A stretch of DNA of 64,000 bases, taken from a virus. Lineage: Duplodnaviria > Caudoviricetes. The stretch spans positions 22,417 to 86,416 of IMG/VR virus record IMGVR_UViG_3300021425_003324. One strand, given 5' to 3'. The translations under genes and the position numbers were made by a program. This document shows, piece after piece, positions 47,714 through 57,835 of the stretch (positions are counted from its first letter, which is position 1; every line of letters starts with the position of its first letter). The notes under the pieces were generated by a model. That model had not been told where the DNA came from. It was given only the letters and a program-made list of their open reading frames with translations, and searched no databases.

Positions 47714-50700
47714 TTAGGTATCAAAATTTCTCAAGTAATATGATAATGCTAACGGTGTTCCTTTAACACCTTTATTAGATACACCATAAAAATCCATTCT
47801 TTTATCAAAATTCACTTTGAAACCTGTTGTAGTACTAATTATATTTTCAGTTGTTCCAACACGTACTTGGCCTGCTATAAGTTCGTTAGTTAAAACTTCT
47901 CCGCCTCCTGCACTAATCCTTTCTTGGATAAACTGTATGATAGCCCTTTGAGTAGGAACAACGTTGTCAGAATCTGCAAAGAATACTGGATCAGTTGAAA
48001 ATTCTCTAATTACAGTTCCTGATCCTCCTAGTCTTACGCCGCCTAAGCTTAATTCAGATAATCCATCTAATGAAAAGAAATCAGCACTGATTGTTACAAT
48101 ACCTGTAGCTTGCTCTACCGCAAATAATTCGCCAGTTCTAAAATTACCGTCTTGGTCGGTACTAACATAAAAAACTCTACCTCCACCTAATTCTATAACT
48201 TCTTGCTCTGGCTTTGCTATAAAGAAAGCGCCACCGGCGTATAGTTCAGGATAATTTGTCTGTTCGAAATTACCAGTTCCTATATCTAGGAAATCATGTC
48301 CGGTCACTCTACACTGCGAATATCTTTCTCTTATTTCTACAGACCTACCATGAGTTAAAAAGTCTTTATTTTGAATTTTTGGACTTACCCTAATTTGAGC
48401 TCTAAATGTACCTGCTAGGGTTCCGTCAGAGCCAAGAGGTGTAATTGTTACTAAAGTTAGAATCCTTAGAATTTCATCTTCTGGATCTTCATCTTCGTCT
48501 AAAATTCCAGCTATCCTCAACTGTGCTCCAGGTCCTGGATAACGTACTAAACCATCTATAACAAGGTCAACAGCATTTGATGGAATTATATCTGCAAATC
48601 CATCACCTTCAATTGTAACTCTTGTGGTACTACTTCTATAACCTATACCTCTATTAATAAAAGACGGTTGACTAAGAACATTTAGTCCAAATCTTAAGGT
48701 AACAAATGCCTGCGTAACCCATTGATTATCATAAAATATTTCTGTGCTATAGTTAACATTATCTTTGTAACCACTTCCAGGATCCCAAATCACTACTTCT
48801 TCTATTGTATTACTTGCTATTTTTGTTCTTGCAAGAGCTCGCTTTCCTGTGTCTATCAATACCAAATCACTGTCATTGTAAGAAATACAACAATATGTGT
48901 ATGATGTATTTCCTGTGTAACCAAAAGATATTGCATTCCATCTGTTGGTACCTAAAGGTAGTTCTTCTGTTCTCCAATTTATGCCGTCCTCAGATATTCC
49001 AATTAAATTTCCTTCGTAAGTTGTAGTTAAAAAATAAAGGCCATTGCCTTGTGATATTTTAGTCCAGTTACCTAAAGGTAAATTATCATAAACTGTCCAT
49101 GTTTCTAGAGTTTCTGTAATACATGTAACAATCAAATTATCGATTGTTAATGCTGAAATGTGCCCAGCTGAATAAATCATGTTTCTAAATTCACAAGGAT
49201 TAGATGTGTTAGGATTAACTGGTATTATATTGCCAGTAACTGTCCATGTTAAAACACCATTTTCATACACACCTGTTGCAATTGCTTCTGCATCAGATAA
49301 TGCAATAAATTTATCATAACCGTAAGTAATTACTGTCCAGTCTGTAGTTATTGCATTTGTTAACAGGCTTGTTGACCATGTAGAACCATTAGTGCTATAA
49401 TAAGAAGTATTAGAATTTGTTAGAATTACAAAAACACCATCTCCATACGCAATGTCTTTTATATTTACTGTTGAAGGTAAAACAACACTACTCCAAGCAG
49501 TTGCAGTTGTCGATCTTGCTATAATACTTGATTGTCCTGTTGGAATAGCTAAAAATATTCCGTCACCGTTTATTACTTTATTCCATGTCTGTATAGTTGG
49601 TAGTGTATACTCTGACCAATTTACTCCATCTACAGATACACTAACAAAATTTCCATCCGAAATAACTACAAATTTTCCTGGTAAACCTAAGCCGTCAAAA
49701 TCAAACGCAACAATACTTGCCGTACTATCATCTGTAACTTCTGTTATTTTAATATTGAGATCATTTTCTTCATCATTTCCGCCTATTGATGATCCAACAA
49801 TTGTATATGTTTCTCCAACTGCATAACCTGCACCAGGATCATCTATAGCAACTGAGTAGACAGATCCTGTTTTTGTAATTGTTAAAGCAGCTCTGGCAGC
49901 AACAACACCATCAGTTTCACCTTCTCCAAAATCTAAAGATATTAAAAATTGTTCGGTAGTAATTCCCCATGTAATATCTGTCCATAATTTTGATTGACCG
50001 ATAGATGATAACGTAGTATCATATCCTGGGTGTGGTATTGTAACACGAGGTTCTATAGAATATGTAGTGCTTGCTGTTAATAATGGTTCTATAACTGTTC
50101 CTGGTACTATGTGATCAAAACCTGCTGTGTCATCGCTTTCTTTGTAAATAGTAGCAGTCCTATAATCATTACTATTTTCATCGTCATCGTATGCTTGAAT
50201 ATAGCCATATTGACCTGTTCCTGGTCCAGATGTAATAACTAATCTTTGTCCAACATAATCTTCTGCTGTACGCAAATCAGTTGCTGAAAGTAAAATGGTT
50301 GAATCAGTACCTTCTTGTGCATTATTTTTAACATTTGTATAACCTAATCCTCCAATACGTGTACTATCTTGCGGTTCTAATAATCTAATTTGTTTAATGC
50401 CACCTTGCCTAAAATTATCATATTTAGTATTAACAAAATTACCAGATCCTACTACAGTTGCTGTAGCATTTAAATAATTTTCTCCACAATGACTATATTC
50501 AAATATAAGTAACCGATCTAATTCTCCGGTATCGTCTGAAATTTCTCCTGCAAAAGCAGAGTATACTGAAGCTTGTGTAGTTCGATTATTTACTGTTGCA
50601 GTTTGTGGTATTTCAGCATCATCTATTCCTATAGCTACACTGCCATACTCTCCATAACTGTTATTTCCATTTGTGGCTCGTATTGTTCCACCATTTTCTG

Positions 50701-53155
50701 CCATGTACCCTACAAAGCAATAATATGTAAATACCGATACTAGTTCTACCCTTCCTCTGTTGAGTATGTAAGCTCCTATTCCATCGCTAATCACTTGGGT
50801 AAAATCATTTGCTACAAGTGATCGATTACCGCCATTGTGTAAGTCTCCGTCTATATGAGCACCAATACAACCTACCCCTATAGTAGTTACGCCCTGGATA
50901 TATGGAGAACGATTTTGAATCCATACAGATTGATCATCTGGTCCCCATCCAGGATCTAAACTAACAAAAGCACCTCCTGAAACCCGTGTGGTTTGAATTT
51001 GGGAAGGCTCGCCTGTAAGTGTTCCTGTTAATCCTTCTGTTGTACAATTTCTTACTCCAGTAATATCTCTAACTAGGAACATGTTTTCTTTTTCTGACCC
51101 AATAATACCATTTACATACAATTTTGAGTATCTTTGAGTTTTGTAATTGCCTTCGTATCTAAAATCATATTCGTATCCTTCTAAGAAAAGCAACATGTCG
51201 TTTATTAACTTGTCTTCATTAATAACTGTCAATGAAATTGATTTACTATAAATCATACATTCAGTAGCTAAGAAATTTGCATTATCTTTTATTAAGTTTG
51301 CTGCAATTATAAATTCAGCTGCTGATAAATTGTTACTTCCTGTAATTGTAATATTTGTGTTTTCACCTTGTAATAATAATTCTATAGCATCCGTAATTTC
51401 ATCTGTCAAATTAGCATAATAATCAACTAACGGTTGTGGATTATCTAATACGTCTGATAACGGTACTGGGGTAAAAGGATTTTCATTGTGTACATCTGGT
51501 AAATCTCCTGCTATTAATGTTGTAAATAACGATCGTCCAAATGCAAGACTATTATATATAACAGCTGAATTATTTTCTCCTGCACCTTTTGCAACTATGT
51601 TAGTAGCTCTTAATTCATCTCCCATTACTACTGTCATTTTAGGCACAACAATTGGTAATATTTCTTCATATCGACCAGTACTAACAGAAATTTTACAAGG
51701 CATTATGTTCCTTGTTTCTACAAATCTACATGCATAATTGATTGTTCTAAAAGGATGATAAGGATCTAAACCTCTATCCGAACTATCAACACCAGTAGGT
51801 GTTACATAAACAACTGTGGTTTCTGTTTGGTGTAAAGTCCTCCAAAAAACACTCGATTCTTGATTTATAGATAATAATTGATCGTAGTCTCCAATATTAA
51901 CTGCAGTAGGTCCAATTGAACTTGTGTCGCCTACAAATTCTCTTTGGAAATCATATGTTAATAAATCGCCAGGATTGTTCATACCAGCTTCGCTACCGCT
52001 TTGAACAACTAAATCCCAATAAAAAAATCCTTTACCATTATCGCCAGGAATATTTACTATTGCTGAAATATGTGTTGTATTGCATCTCCATGTTTCACCT
52101 AAAAAATAAACTAAATCATTAATCACATATCTAGTTTGATTTTTCCAAAAATTTGTCCATTTTTGACCCGGTATAAACAGTTTCCAAAAATTTATATCTT
52201 CTAGATCGTCATACGAAGGATCTGCACCTGTAACTTGAACTGCTCTATAAATTTGGCCGCCTGCTTTAGCTAAATCTCCAGGTTTGTAAGCCTGTTCAAC
52301 ACTGAATTCTCCAGTAAATGCTACTGATGCGAGTAAAATTTCCCAATAAGATATACTATCATCATTAGACGCCGGTGAAACAGCATAGTTTTCAACTAAA
52401 CATATATACAACGTACCACCAAAATTAACAATATCTCCTACACCATAATATACAGTTTCGTCCCAAACATCTGCAAAAACATAACCAGGTACAACTAATT
52501 CAAATTTATGTCGGTCAATTTCATTACCACTAATGTGAGATTCTAGTACTACATATATACTACCGCCAAAATTTACATAGTCATTTTTCTTATAAAAAGT
52601 GCTAGCTGAAAAATCTCCTACAAACATGTTACTATCTGTAAACAATGTCCAGTCATTAATATTATTTTCTAAAAAATTGCTCGATGTATGAGAAATTACA
52701 CATTTATAATTAAGTCCATTATATTTTACAATAGCTCCGGCACCGTATTCTTTATTAGGAATCCAATTTTTTACATATTCTTGTCCATTAACAAAAAGCT
52801 GCCAATTATCGTTATCATTAACAAACGTAGTAGAATAATGTCCTGATATAGCAAGCCATAAAGATCCGTCAAATAATACAATGTCTCCTTCTTCATACTG
52901 TTGATTATTAGTCCATCTTCCTACAAATGACTGACCGCCAGTCATTAAAATCCAATATGGATCTGGAACTGGTGGAGAACTTTGTGGAATCGTTGCTTTT
53001 AGATCAATGTTAAAATCTGCATTAGAAACATGCTGTTTGATACATATATAACTTTTACTGTTTACATTAACAACATCGTCTCTATTGTAAGCAGTAGCCG
53101 GTAACCATGGACCTGTCCAATTATACTTAAATCTTTCTAGTTTAAATTCTGACAT
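47714..53155 (-). CDS. 1813-aa virion structural protein, paralogue of 39601-47676
   Basis: Shared MxEFKL start, MGDELR, SLDPGWGPDD, NDFTQVISDGIGA, IRATNGNNSYG, TGHDFLDIGTGNF, TDQDGNFR, PTQRAI, PLALxY. Confidence 0.8.
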   Translation of the reverse strand: MSEFKLERFKYNWTGPWLPATAYNRDDVVNVNSKSYICIKQHVSNADFNIDLKATIPQSSPPVPDPYWILMTGGQSFVGRWTNNQQYEEGDIVLFDGSLWLAISGHYSTTFVNDNDNWQLFVNGQEYVKNWIPNKEYGAGAIVKYNGLNYKCVISHTSSNFLENNINDWTLFTDSNMFVGDFSASTFYKKNDYVNFGGSIYVVLESHISGNEIDRHKFELVVPGYVFADVWDETVYYGVGDIVNFGGTLYICLVENYAVSPASNDDSISYWEILLASVAFTGEFSVEQAYKPGDLAKAGGQIYRAVQVTGADPSYDDLEDINFWKLFIPGQKWTNFWKNQTRYVINDLVYFLGETWRCNTTHISAIVNIPGDNGKGFFYWDLVVQSGSEAGMNNPGDLLTYDFQREFVGDTSSIGPTAVNIGDYDQLLSINQESSVFWRTLHQTETTVVYVTPTGVDSSDRGLDPYHPFRTINYACRFVETRNIMPCKISVSTGRYEEILPIVVPKMTVVMGDELRATNIVAKGAGENNSAVIYNSLAFGRSLFTTLIAGDLPDVHNENPFTPVPLSDVLDNPQPLVDYYANLTDEITDAIELLLQGENTNITITGSNNLSAAEFIIAANLIKDNANFLATECMIYSKSISLTVINEDKLINDMLLFLEGYEYDFRYEGNYKTQRYSKLYVNGIIGSEKENMFLVRDITGVRNCTTEGLTGTLTGEPSQIQTTRVSGGAFVSLDPGWGPDDQSVWIQNRSPYIQGVTTIGVGCIGAHIDGDLHNGGNRSLVANDFTQVISDGIGAYILNRGRVELVSVFTYYCFVGYMAENGGTIRATNGNNSYGEYGSVAIGIDDAEIPQTATVNNRTTQASVYSAFAGEISDDTGELDRLLIFEYSHCGENYLNATATVVGSGNFVNTKYDNFRQGGIKQIRLLEPQDSTRIGGLGYTNVKNNAQEGTDSTILLSATDLRTAEDYVGQRLVITSGPGTGQYGYIQAYDDDENSNDYRTATIYKESDDTAGFDHIVPGTVIEPLLTASTTYSIEPRVTIPHPGYDTTLSSIGQSKLWTDITWGITTEQFLISLDFGEGETDGVVAARAALTITKTGSVYSVAIDDPGAGYAVGETYTIVGSSIGGNDEENDLNIKITEVTDDSTASIVAFDFDGLGLPGKFVVISDGNFVSVSVDGVNWSEYTLPTIQTWNKVINGDGIFLAIPTGQSSIIARSTTATAWSSVVLPSTVNIKDIAYGDGVFVILTNSNTSYYSTNGSTWSTSLLTNAITTDWTVITYGYDKFIALSDAEAIATGVYENGVLTWTVTGNIIPVNPNTSNPCEFRNMIYSAGHISALTIDNLIVTCITETLETWTVYDNLPLGNWTKISQGNGLYFLTTTYEGNLIGISEDGINWRTEELPLGTNRWNAISFGYTGNTSYTYCCISYNDSDLVLIDTGKRALARTKIASNTIEEVVIWDPGSGYKDNVNYSTEIFYDNQWVTQAFVTLRFGLNVLSQPSFINRGIGYRSSTTRVTIEGDGFADIIPSNAVDLVIDGLVRYPGPGAQLRIAGILDEDEDPEDEILRILTLVTITPLGSDGTLAGTFRAQIRVSPKIQNKDFLTHGRSVEIRERYSQCRVTGHDFLDIGTGNFEQTNYPELYAGGAFFIAKPEQEVIELGGGRVFYVSTDQDGNFRTGELFAVEQATGIVTISADFFSLDGLSELSLGGVRLGGSGTVIREFSTDPVFFADSDNVVPTQRAIIQFIQERISAGGGEVLTNELIAGQVRVGTTENIISTTTGFKVNFDKRMDFYGVSNKGVKGTPLALSYYLRNFDT

Positions 53156-53158
53156 CTG

Positions 53159-53533
53159 TTAATAACCTTCTGTAGATACACCTTCTTCATATGTGTGAGT
53201 AGCATTAATTTTAATAGATAATCTACCATTGTCGTCAACATAATAGCTTAAAAAACGATTATCCCATTTAAACTGAGGATATCGTAAATTTGCATATTCT
53301 ATTTCATGATTGATAGTTACTCCTTCTAAATAATCAATCCCTTCCTCAAAGAAAGGATAATTATCTTCACCTGCACCTATTTCATTTATAATTAGTGCAT
53401 CATCGTCTGTCCCTAATTGATCAACAATAATAAAATACAGCTCTCCGTCTTGATTTCTACGCAACCCATAAAAATATCTTTTTATAAAACTTTGATTAAT
53501 ATCTGACGGTGTAATTCCAATAAAATATGACAT
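53159..53533 (-). CDS. Hypothetical protein, probably structural
   Basis: 124-aa ORF within the late operon; SD AAGGA. Confidence 0.7.
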   Translation of the reverse strand: MSYFIGITPSDINQSFIKRYFYGLRRNQDGELYFIIVDQLGTDDDALIINEIGAGEDNYPFFEEGIDYLEGVTINHEIEYANLRYPQFKWDNRFLSYYVDDNGRLSIKINATHTYEEGVSTEGY

Positions 53534-53543
53534 AAAAATCCTT

Positions 53544-53864
53544 TTAAACAGTTACATAACTTACAAGTACATCTAAAGATTGTTCAACACTTGATTGAAC
53601 ATAGATTGTATTTGACGGAACTAAAACTAATTTTTCTCCAGTAGAAATTAATCTTAAACTAGTTCCTGATGCAATTATAGTATTTTTTAAATAATGAACT
53701 GTTACATTATTCTCATTCTCTAATAAAACTGTCGCACTTACTGCGGTATTTGATACATTTGTAATAGCAAGGCCTATTACAGTTGTTTTTTTTGTAGATT
53801 GTAAAACATTTACTGGTGTTTTTCCTATAAGTTCAACACTATTATTTTTAATGTCTAAAGCCAT
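53544..53864 (-). CDS. Small beta-rich virion protein
   Basis: TTVIGLAITN...YLKN..I..G.SL....GEKLVL...LDVLVSY. Confidence 0.7.
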   Translation of the reverse strand: MALDIKNNSVELIGKTPVNVLQSTKKTTVIGLAITNVSNTAVSATVLLENENNVTVHYLKNTIIASGTSLRLISTGEKLVLVPSNTIYVQSSVEQSLDVLVSYVTV

Positions 53865-53895
53865 GAATATCTTTCATTAAAAAGCAATTATGTAT

Positions 53896-53903
53896 TATTT
53901 ATC
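53896..53903 (-). promoter_or_regulatory. Late-type promoter GATAAATA
   Basis: tatttatc on + in the 84-bp gap before ATG 53864. Confidence 0.6.
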
Positions 53904-53948
53904 TAAAGATTTTTATATACAATTTTGTATATTTAATGTGCCTATCTT

Positions 53949-54698
53949 TTATATACCTAAACGGGTTTTGTTATCTTTATACAAATCTTTATGAATTTGA
54001 TACATTTCTTCTAAGAAATTGTGTAAATGTTTAACATTAGGAGTTTTTCCTTGCTGTAGTAATTCGTCGCAACTTTTAATATAATTAAAAACATAAAATT
54101 TAGCAGTCATTGGATGAATACCCCATTGTTCCAAATGTCCAAATGTTCCTCGAGTAATGACTCCGTGTTGGCTAACATCTTGGACAGCCTGTTTGAATGC
54201 TGTTTTTATATGATCTTCTATACTAGCTTTGTCCATGTCATCATCAGTTATCTCATCAGGTATGTTAAATGTTTCTTTCATTCTAATTGCTGCATTATTA
54301 TAATGCGATATTTCAGACATTGCATTTTGAACATATCCTTCTAATTTTACATAATCAGTTTGATGTTTTAATAGTTTTACTTCTTCTAATTTTGTTAAAC
54401 TATTTTTTGCAGATAATTTATCAATTTTAATTTTAAGTTTTTGTAGATTAAAAAAACTGTCTAAAGCTCCTTCTAAACGACTGTTCATTTGACTAAAACA
54501 TTGTTTATACCAAATTAATACACTGTCTCCGCTAAAAAGTAAATTTCCTATTTCTAATTCATGTTTGGTTTGCGGTGTGCCTATAGTCCTTTTCATTAGT
54601 TCAACTTTGTTGAGCATTGGAGCTAATGATTCTTGTAACTGTGCTAAATTTTTTTCTAAATTTTCTAGTTGAAATTTTTTCTTTTCGATTAAATCCAT
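53949..54698 (-). CDS. Coiled-coil hypothetical protein (possible fibre-associated chaperone)
   Basis: Start reassigned to in-frame ATG 54698 (MDLIEKK), preceded by AAGGG, which removes the overlap with the upstream gene. Confidence 0.65.
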   Translation of the reverse strand: MDLIEKKKFQLENLEKNLAQLQESLAPMLNKVELMKRTIGTPQTKHELEIGNLLFSGDSVLIWYKQCFSQMNSRLEGALDSFFNLQKLKIKIDKLSAKNSLTKLEEVKLLKHQTDYVKLEGYVQNAMSEISHYNNAAIRMKETFNIPDEITDDDMDKASIEDHIKTAFKQAVQDVSQHGVITRGTFGHLEQWGIHPMTAKFYVFNYIKSCDELLQQGKTPNVKHLHNFLEEMYQIHKDLYKDNKTRLGI

Positions 54699-54705
54699 GT
54701 GTCCC

Positions 54706-56379
54706 TTATACGCCTGGTCCTCTTGCTTTCGCTCCTGAAGTAACACTTGTTGATCCAAAATAAACAACCGATCCTCCAGAGCTTATGCTAAATTTTTGCC
54801 ATCCGGATGTAGATCCGCCATGAAAACACTGATCATCTCTATCTGAAATATTTACTCCGCTGTCTATGCCAGTAATAGCTAACCAATTGTTTGTTTGACT
54901 ATTGGTTGCAAAAGCATACCTGTTAATCTGGTTTAAAGGGGTATAAGGATTATTACCGCGATTGCCACTTATGCAATTGTATGTGTCATTGCCAGCTGCT
55001 TGCATCACATACATCACACTCGGGAGTCCAGGACCGCCAGTAACACTACAAGAACTCATCGTCGTCCTCCATGTTGCGCTTGTTCTAAAACTATTATTAT
55101 CTCCTGCTCCTGCTTGTATGTAATCAATAAAATCACTTGAACAAAAACTGTGCCTTGTTCCTGTTACTGTACCTTGTCCGCATAATGCTGAGCTGGCACT
55201 TGCGTAATCCTGCTTAGATTGTTGTCTAGTATTACTGCTACCGTTCCAACCTCCGTAATACATTAGTTGAGTCTCGTTGCCGTCTGCCATTCCATAATTA
55301 TGAGTATATGTTGTGTTACCCCAGGTAACCGCATTAGATGTAGTAGATAAATCTTTTTTATCACTGTTAGTTGTATTTGCTCCAGTATAACATGAAACTA
55401 TCATGTAGTACCCGTTAGTTCCGCCACAACCTCCACCGCTGTTTGTTGTTGTTAATGCTCCTGCTGTGACTTCATTGCTCATTGTCGAAAATGATCTCTT
55501 ATGGAAATCTTGAGTGTAAAATCCTCCTTGCAACCATGCATTTGCAGTTGTGTTAGGCATAATTGACGTATCGTTGATTAATACCGATACAGTATTCACA
55601 CCCCAAGCGGGCTGAACTCCAGTTTCATCTACTGATCCAAGTGTTACATTAAATGTTTCTGTGTTTTCGTCAGTTTGATCTGCTCGTATTCTTAGAATTA
55701 TTTTTGCTTTGTAAGTAGTAGGATGGAATTGTAAATAAAATGTATCTAATGTGTATACACCTCCAGCAACTACTCCTTGCGTTCCTGATTCAGCATAAGC
55801 TCTATATTTATAATTTACAGCATCTATGGCAACTGGGCCGCCTGTTGCGTAATTCCAAGCAATTGCGCCAGCAGAAAACAAAGGCCAATTGTCATAAATT
55901 ATACTATCTGTAGCAGTCAATGTTTCAACTGTTGTACCAGCACTACTAACTAAACGCCATTCATAAATATTATTACCTAAATCAACCAATTGAATATATG
56001 TTCCTCCACTTTCTGTTAAATCATAATAAACACCAGGAGAAGCTTCAAAATCGTCATAAACCAATCCATCTGCTGTGTTACCAGTTCCGGGAGCATTTTG
56101 AACCCAAGATCCTGATATTTGAAATTTATTCTTTCCGGATCCGGTTGTATTGTGAGGAAATGTGCCTGTAATTTCTATTGCAGAACCTTCGTCTACGTTA
56201 CCAGTAGTTATACTTACTGATGCTCCTTCTTTTCCGTAGAATGAACTTGCCAATTGCAGGCGTGTTCCAGGGGTTTGGAATATATATTGGGCAATAGATG
56301 TTGCAGAATATGGCGGTGTTGCTCCAAATGATGTTGCTATATCAGCAAAGCTTATCCTTCCGGATGTAGGTAATGCCAA
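54706..56379 (-). CDS. Putative fibre-tip adhesin: short attachment N-terminus, interrupted Calx-like domain, C-terminal propeller-like repeats
   Basis: MALPTSGRISFADI..SFG start; NVDEG...ADQTDENTETF...INDTS; ~45-aa Gly/Ser/Thr repeats. Confidence 0.6.
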   Translation of the reverse strand: MALPTSGRISFADIATSFGATPPYSATSIAQYIFQTPGTRLQLASSFYGKEGASVSITTGNVDEGSAIEITGTFPHNTTGSGKNKFQISGSWVQNAPGTGNTADGLVYDDFEASPGVYYDLTESGGTYIQLVDLGNNIYEWRLVSSAGTTVETLTATDSIIYDNWPLFSAGAIAWNYATGGPVAIDAVNYKYRAYAESGTQGVVAGGVYTLDTFYLQFHPTTYKAKIILRIRADQTDENTETFNVTLGSVDETGVQPAWGVNTVSVLINDTSIMPNTTANAWLQGGFYTQDFHKRSFSTMSNEVTAGALTTTNSGGGCGGTNGYYMIVSCYTGANTTNSDKKDLSTTSNAVTWGNTTYTHNYGMADGNETQLMYYGGWNGSSNTRQQSKQDYASASSALCGQGTVTGTRHSFCSSDFIDYIQAGAGDNNSFRTSATWRTTMSSCSVTGGPGLPSVMYVMQAAGNDTYNCISGNRGNNPYTPLNQINRYAFATNSQTNNWLAITGIDSGVNISDRDDQCFHGGSTSGWQKFSISSGGSVVYFGSTSVTSGAKARGPGV

Positions 56380-56389
56380 TTGTTCTTCC

Positions 56390-57064
56390 TTATGTTATTG
56401 GTGCGTTTTCAAATGCAACTACATCATTTAACGCTGAAAATTGTCCATTTGTAGTAAGTCTTGCTACAACTGAACCTTGATAAGAAAACAAAAGATCATT
56501 ATTCCCATTTACAGATAATGTCCAATTTAATGCTGATAAAGGATTTGTTGTAACAGTAATTTGTCCATTTACATCTGATGTCAAAATGCCTTTGGTTGCA
56601 CCAGTTGGAAGGTTAAAAGCGCCTAAGAAACCCTGTAAATTTGCATCATACGCTTGTACTCCATTTGTTGCATTAATATTAGAAGGTGTGAGGTAAGTGC
56701 TTGTTACATCATCAATTGATTTAAATCCAAATTGCCCATTTGTTGTGCTTACTAACACTAAGTCTCCGCTAACAAGTGGAGAATTTGTTGTCGTGTCCAC
56801 ATTACTTAATTCTTGTAATGTATCTATCTGACTGTCAAAAAAGTATGTTCCGGTACCTACTGTTGTACCATCTCCTGCACTCTTTAACACCAAATTTGCA
56901 GTAATGTGGGGACTATTTGTAACATTATCTATACCTCCTAAGACTTGTAATTGGGTAGGATTGTTAGAAATTATGTTCCAACCCGTTCCGTCAAATTCCC
57001 ATAATGTACCAGTTGCCGAATATGTATCACCTGCAGTAGGCGATAAAGGAAAATTCAAAGCCAT
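56390..57064 (-). CDS. Tail fibre-like protein
   Basis: MALNFPLSP..GDTY....WEFDGTGW start; VQAYDANL; C-terminal LLFSYQG....RL...G......DVVAF. Confidence 0.7.
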   Translation of the reverse strand: MALNFPLSPTAGDTYSATGTLWEFDGTGWNIISNNPTQLQVLGGIDNVTNSPHITANLVLKSAGDGTTVGTGTYFFDSQIDTLQELSNVDTTTNSPLVSGDLVLVSTTNGQFGFKSIDDVTSTYLTPSNINATNGVQAYDANLQGFLGAFNLPTGATKGILTSDVNGQITVTTNPLSALNWTLSVNGNNDLLFSYQGSVVARLTTNGQFSALNDVVAFENAPIT

Positions 57065-57067
57065 ATT

Positions 57068-57745
57068 TTATCCTAATGCTATTGTATATGCAATTGCCGC
57101 TGTTTGAGTAACACCTATTCCTGTTATAGTGATTTCGTTGTTGATTTCATTTGGTGAAATAGTTATATTTTCTCCTGCTACAAATGTGACAGTGTCTGAG
57201 CCAACAGCATTTATAACAGTTGCACCAACTTGTACATTGGCAAATACATCAAAATCTCCAACTACACCAATAGATGGTTGTATCCATTGCGAGCTGTCAA
57301 CATCAACTATGTAAACATAAAATCTACCATTATCTGAATTCATCCATATAGAACCGTTCACTGCACCTGTTGGAGGAGTATTTTGTACTAGAATTACGCT
57401 ACCTGTTGCAGTAGTTACTGCGCCAGTTACTTCCATATCTCCATTTACAATCACCCTGTCAAAAGCCGTTGCAGGTGTAAATTCTAAATTACCAACTGTA
57501 GTAGATATAATGTTATCATTAATAGTGACATCATCTATAACTGCTTCTCCTGATCTAACTGTAGTAGATTGGACTGTTCCGTCAATGTCAAACTCATACG
57601 ATGGATTAGTTTTTTTAACACCTATCCTATTGTTTGCCGTATCAAAATGTAAAAGGGTGTTGCTGTTATTAGTAAAGGTAAGGTCAATTCCATCTCGTTC
57701 TAGTGTTGGTGTTAAAAGCTGTCCACTAATCCTTCCTACTGCCAC
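57068..57745 (-). CDS. Tail fibre-like/baseplate-attached protein
   Basis: GTG start with AAGGAG; GRISGQLL...LERDGIDL, NRIGV...P...FDIDG, GSIWMNS...QWI, terminal AIAYTIALG. Confidence 0.7.
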   Translation of the reverse strand: MAVGRISGQLLTPTLERDGIDLTFTNNSNTLLHFDTANNRIGVKKTNPSYEFDIDGTVQSTTVRSGEAVIDDVTINDNIISTTVGNLEFTPATAFDRVIVNGDMEVTGAVTTATGSVILVQNTPPTGAVNGSIWMNSDNGRFYVYIVDVDSSQWIQPSIGVVGDFDVFANVQVGATVINAVGSDTVTFVAGENITISPNEINNEITITGIGVTQTAAIAYTIALG

Positions 57746-57772
57746 TTGTGTTCTCCTTAAGAATTACTACAG

Positions 57773-57780
57773 TATTTAGC
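57773..57780 (-). promoter_or_regulatory. Late-type promoter GCTAAATA
   Basis: tatttagc on +, 27 nt before GTG 57745. Confidence 0.55.
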
Positions 57781-57799
57781 GTGGAAATAATCCTTCTAA

Positions 57800-57835
57800 T
57801 CATGTATAGTCATTCCAAGAAAAATTTGTATCTAA
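57800..57835 (-). pseudogene. Orphaned 3' end of an FG-GAP gene (LDTNFSWNDYT-stop)
   Basis: 32/36 identical to 61058-61093 (LDTNFSWSDYT-stop); 57807-57835 is 26/29 identical to 58604-58632. Confidence 0.75.
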
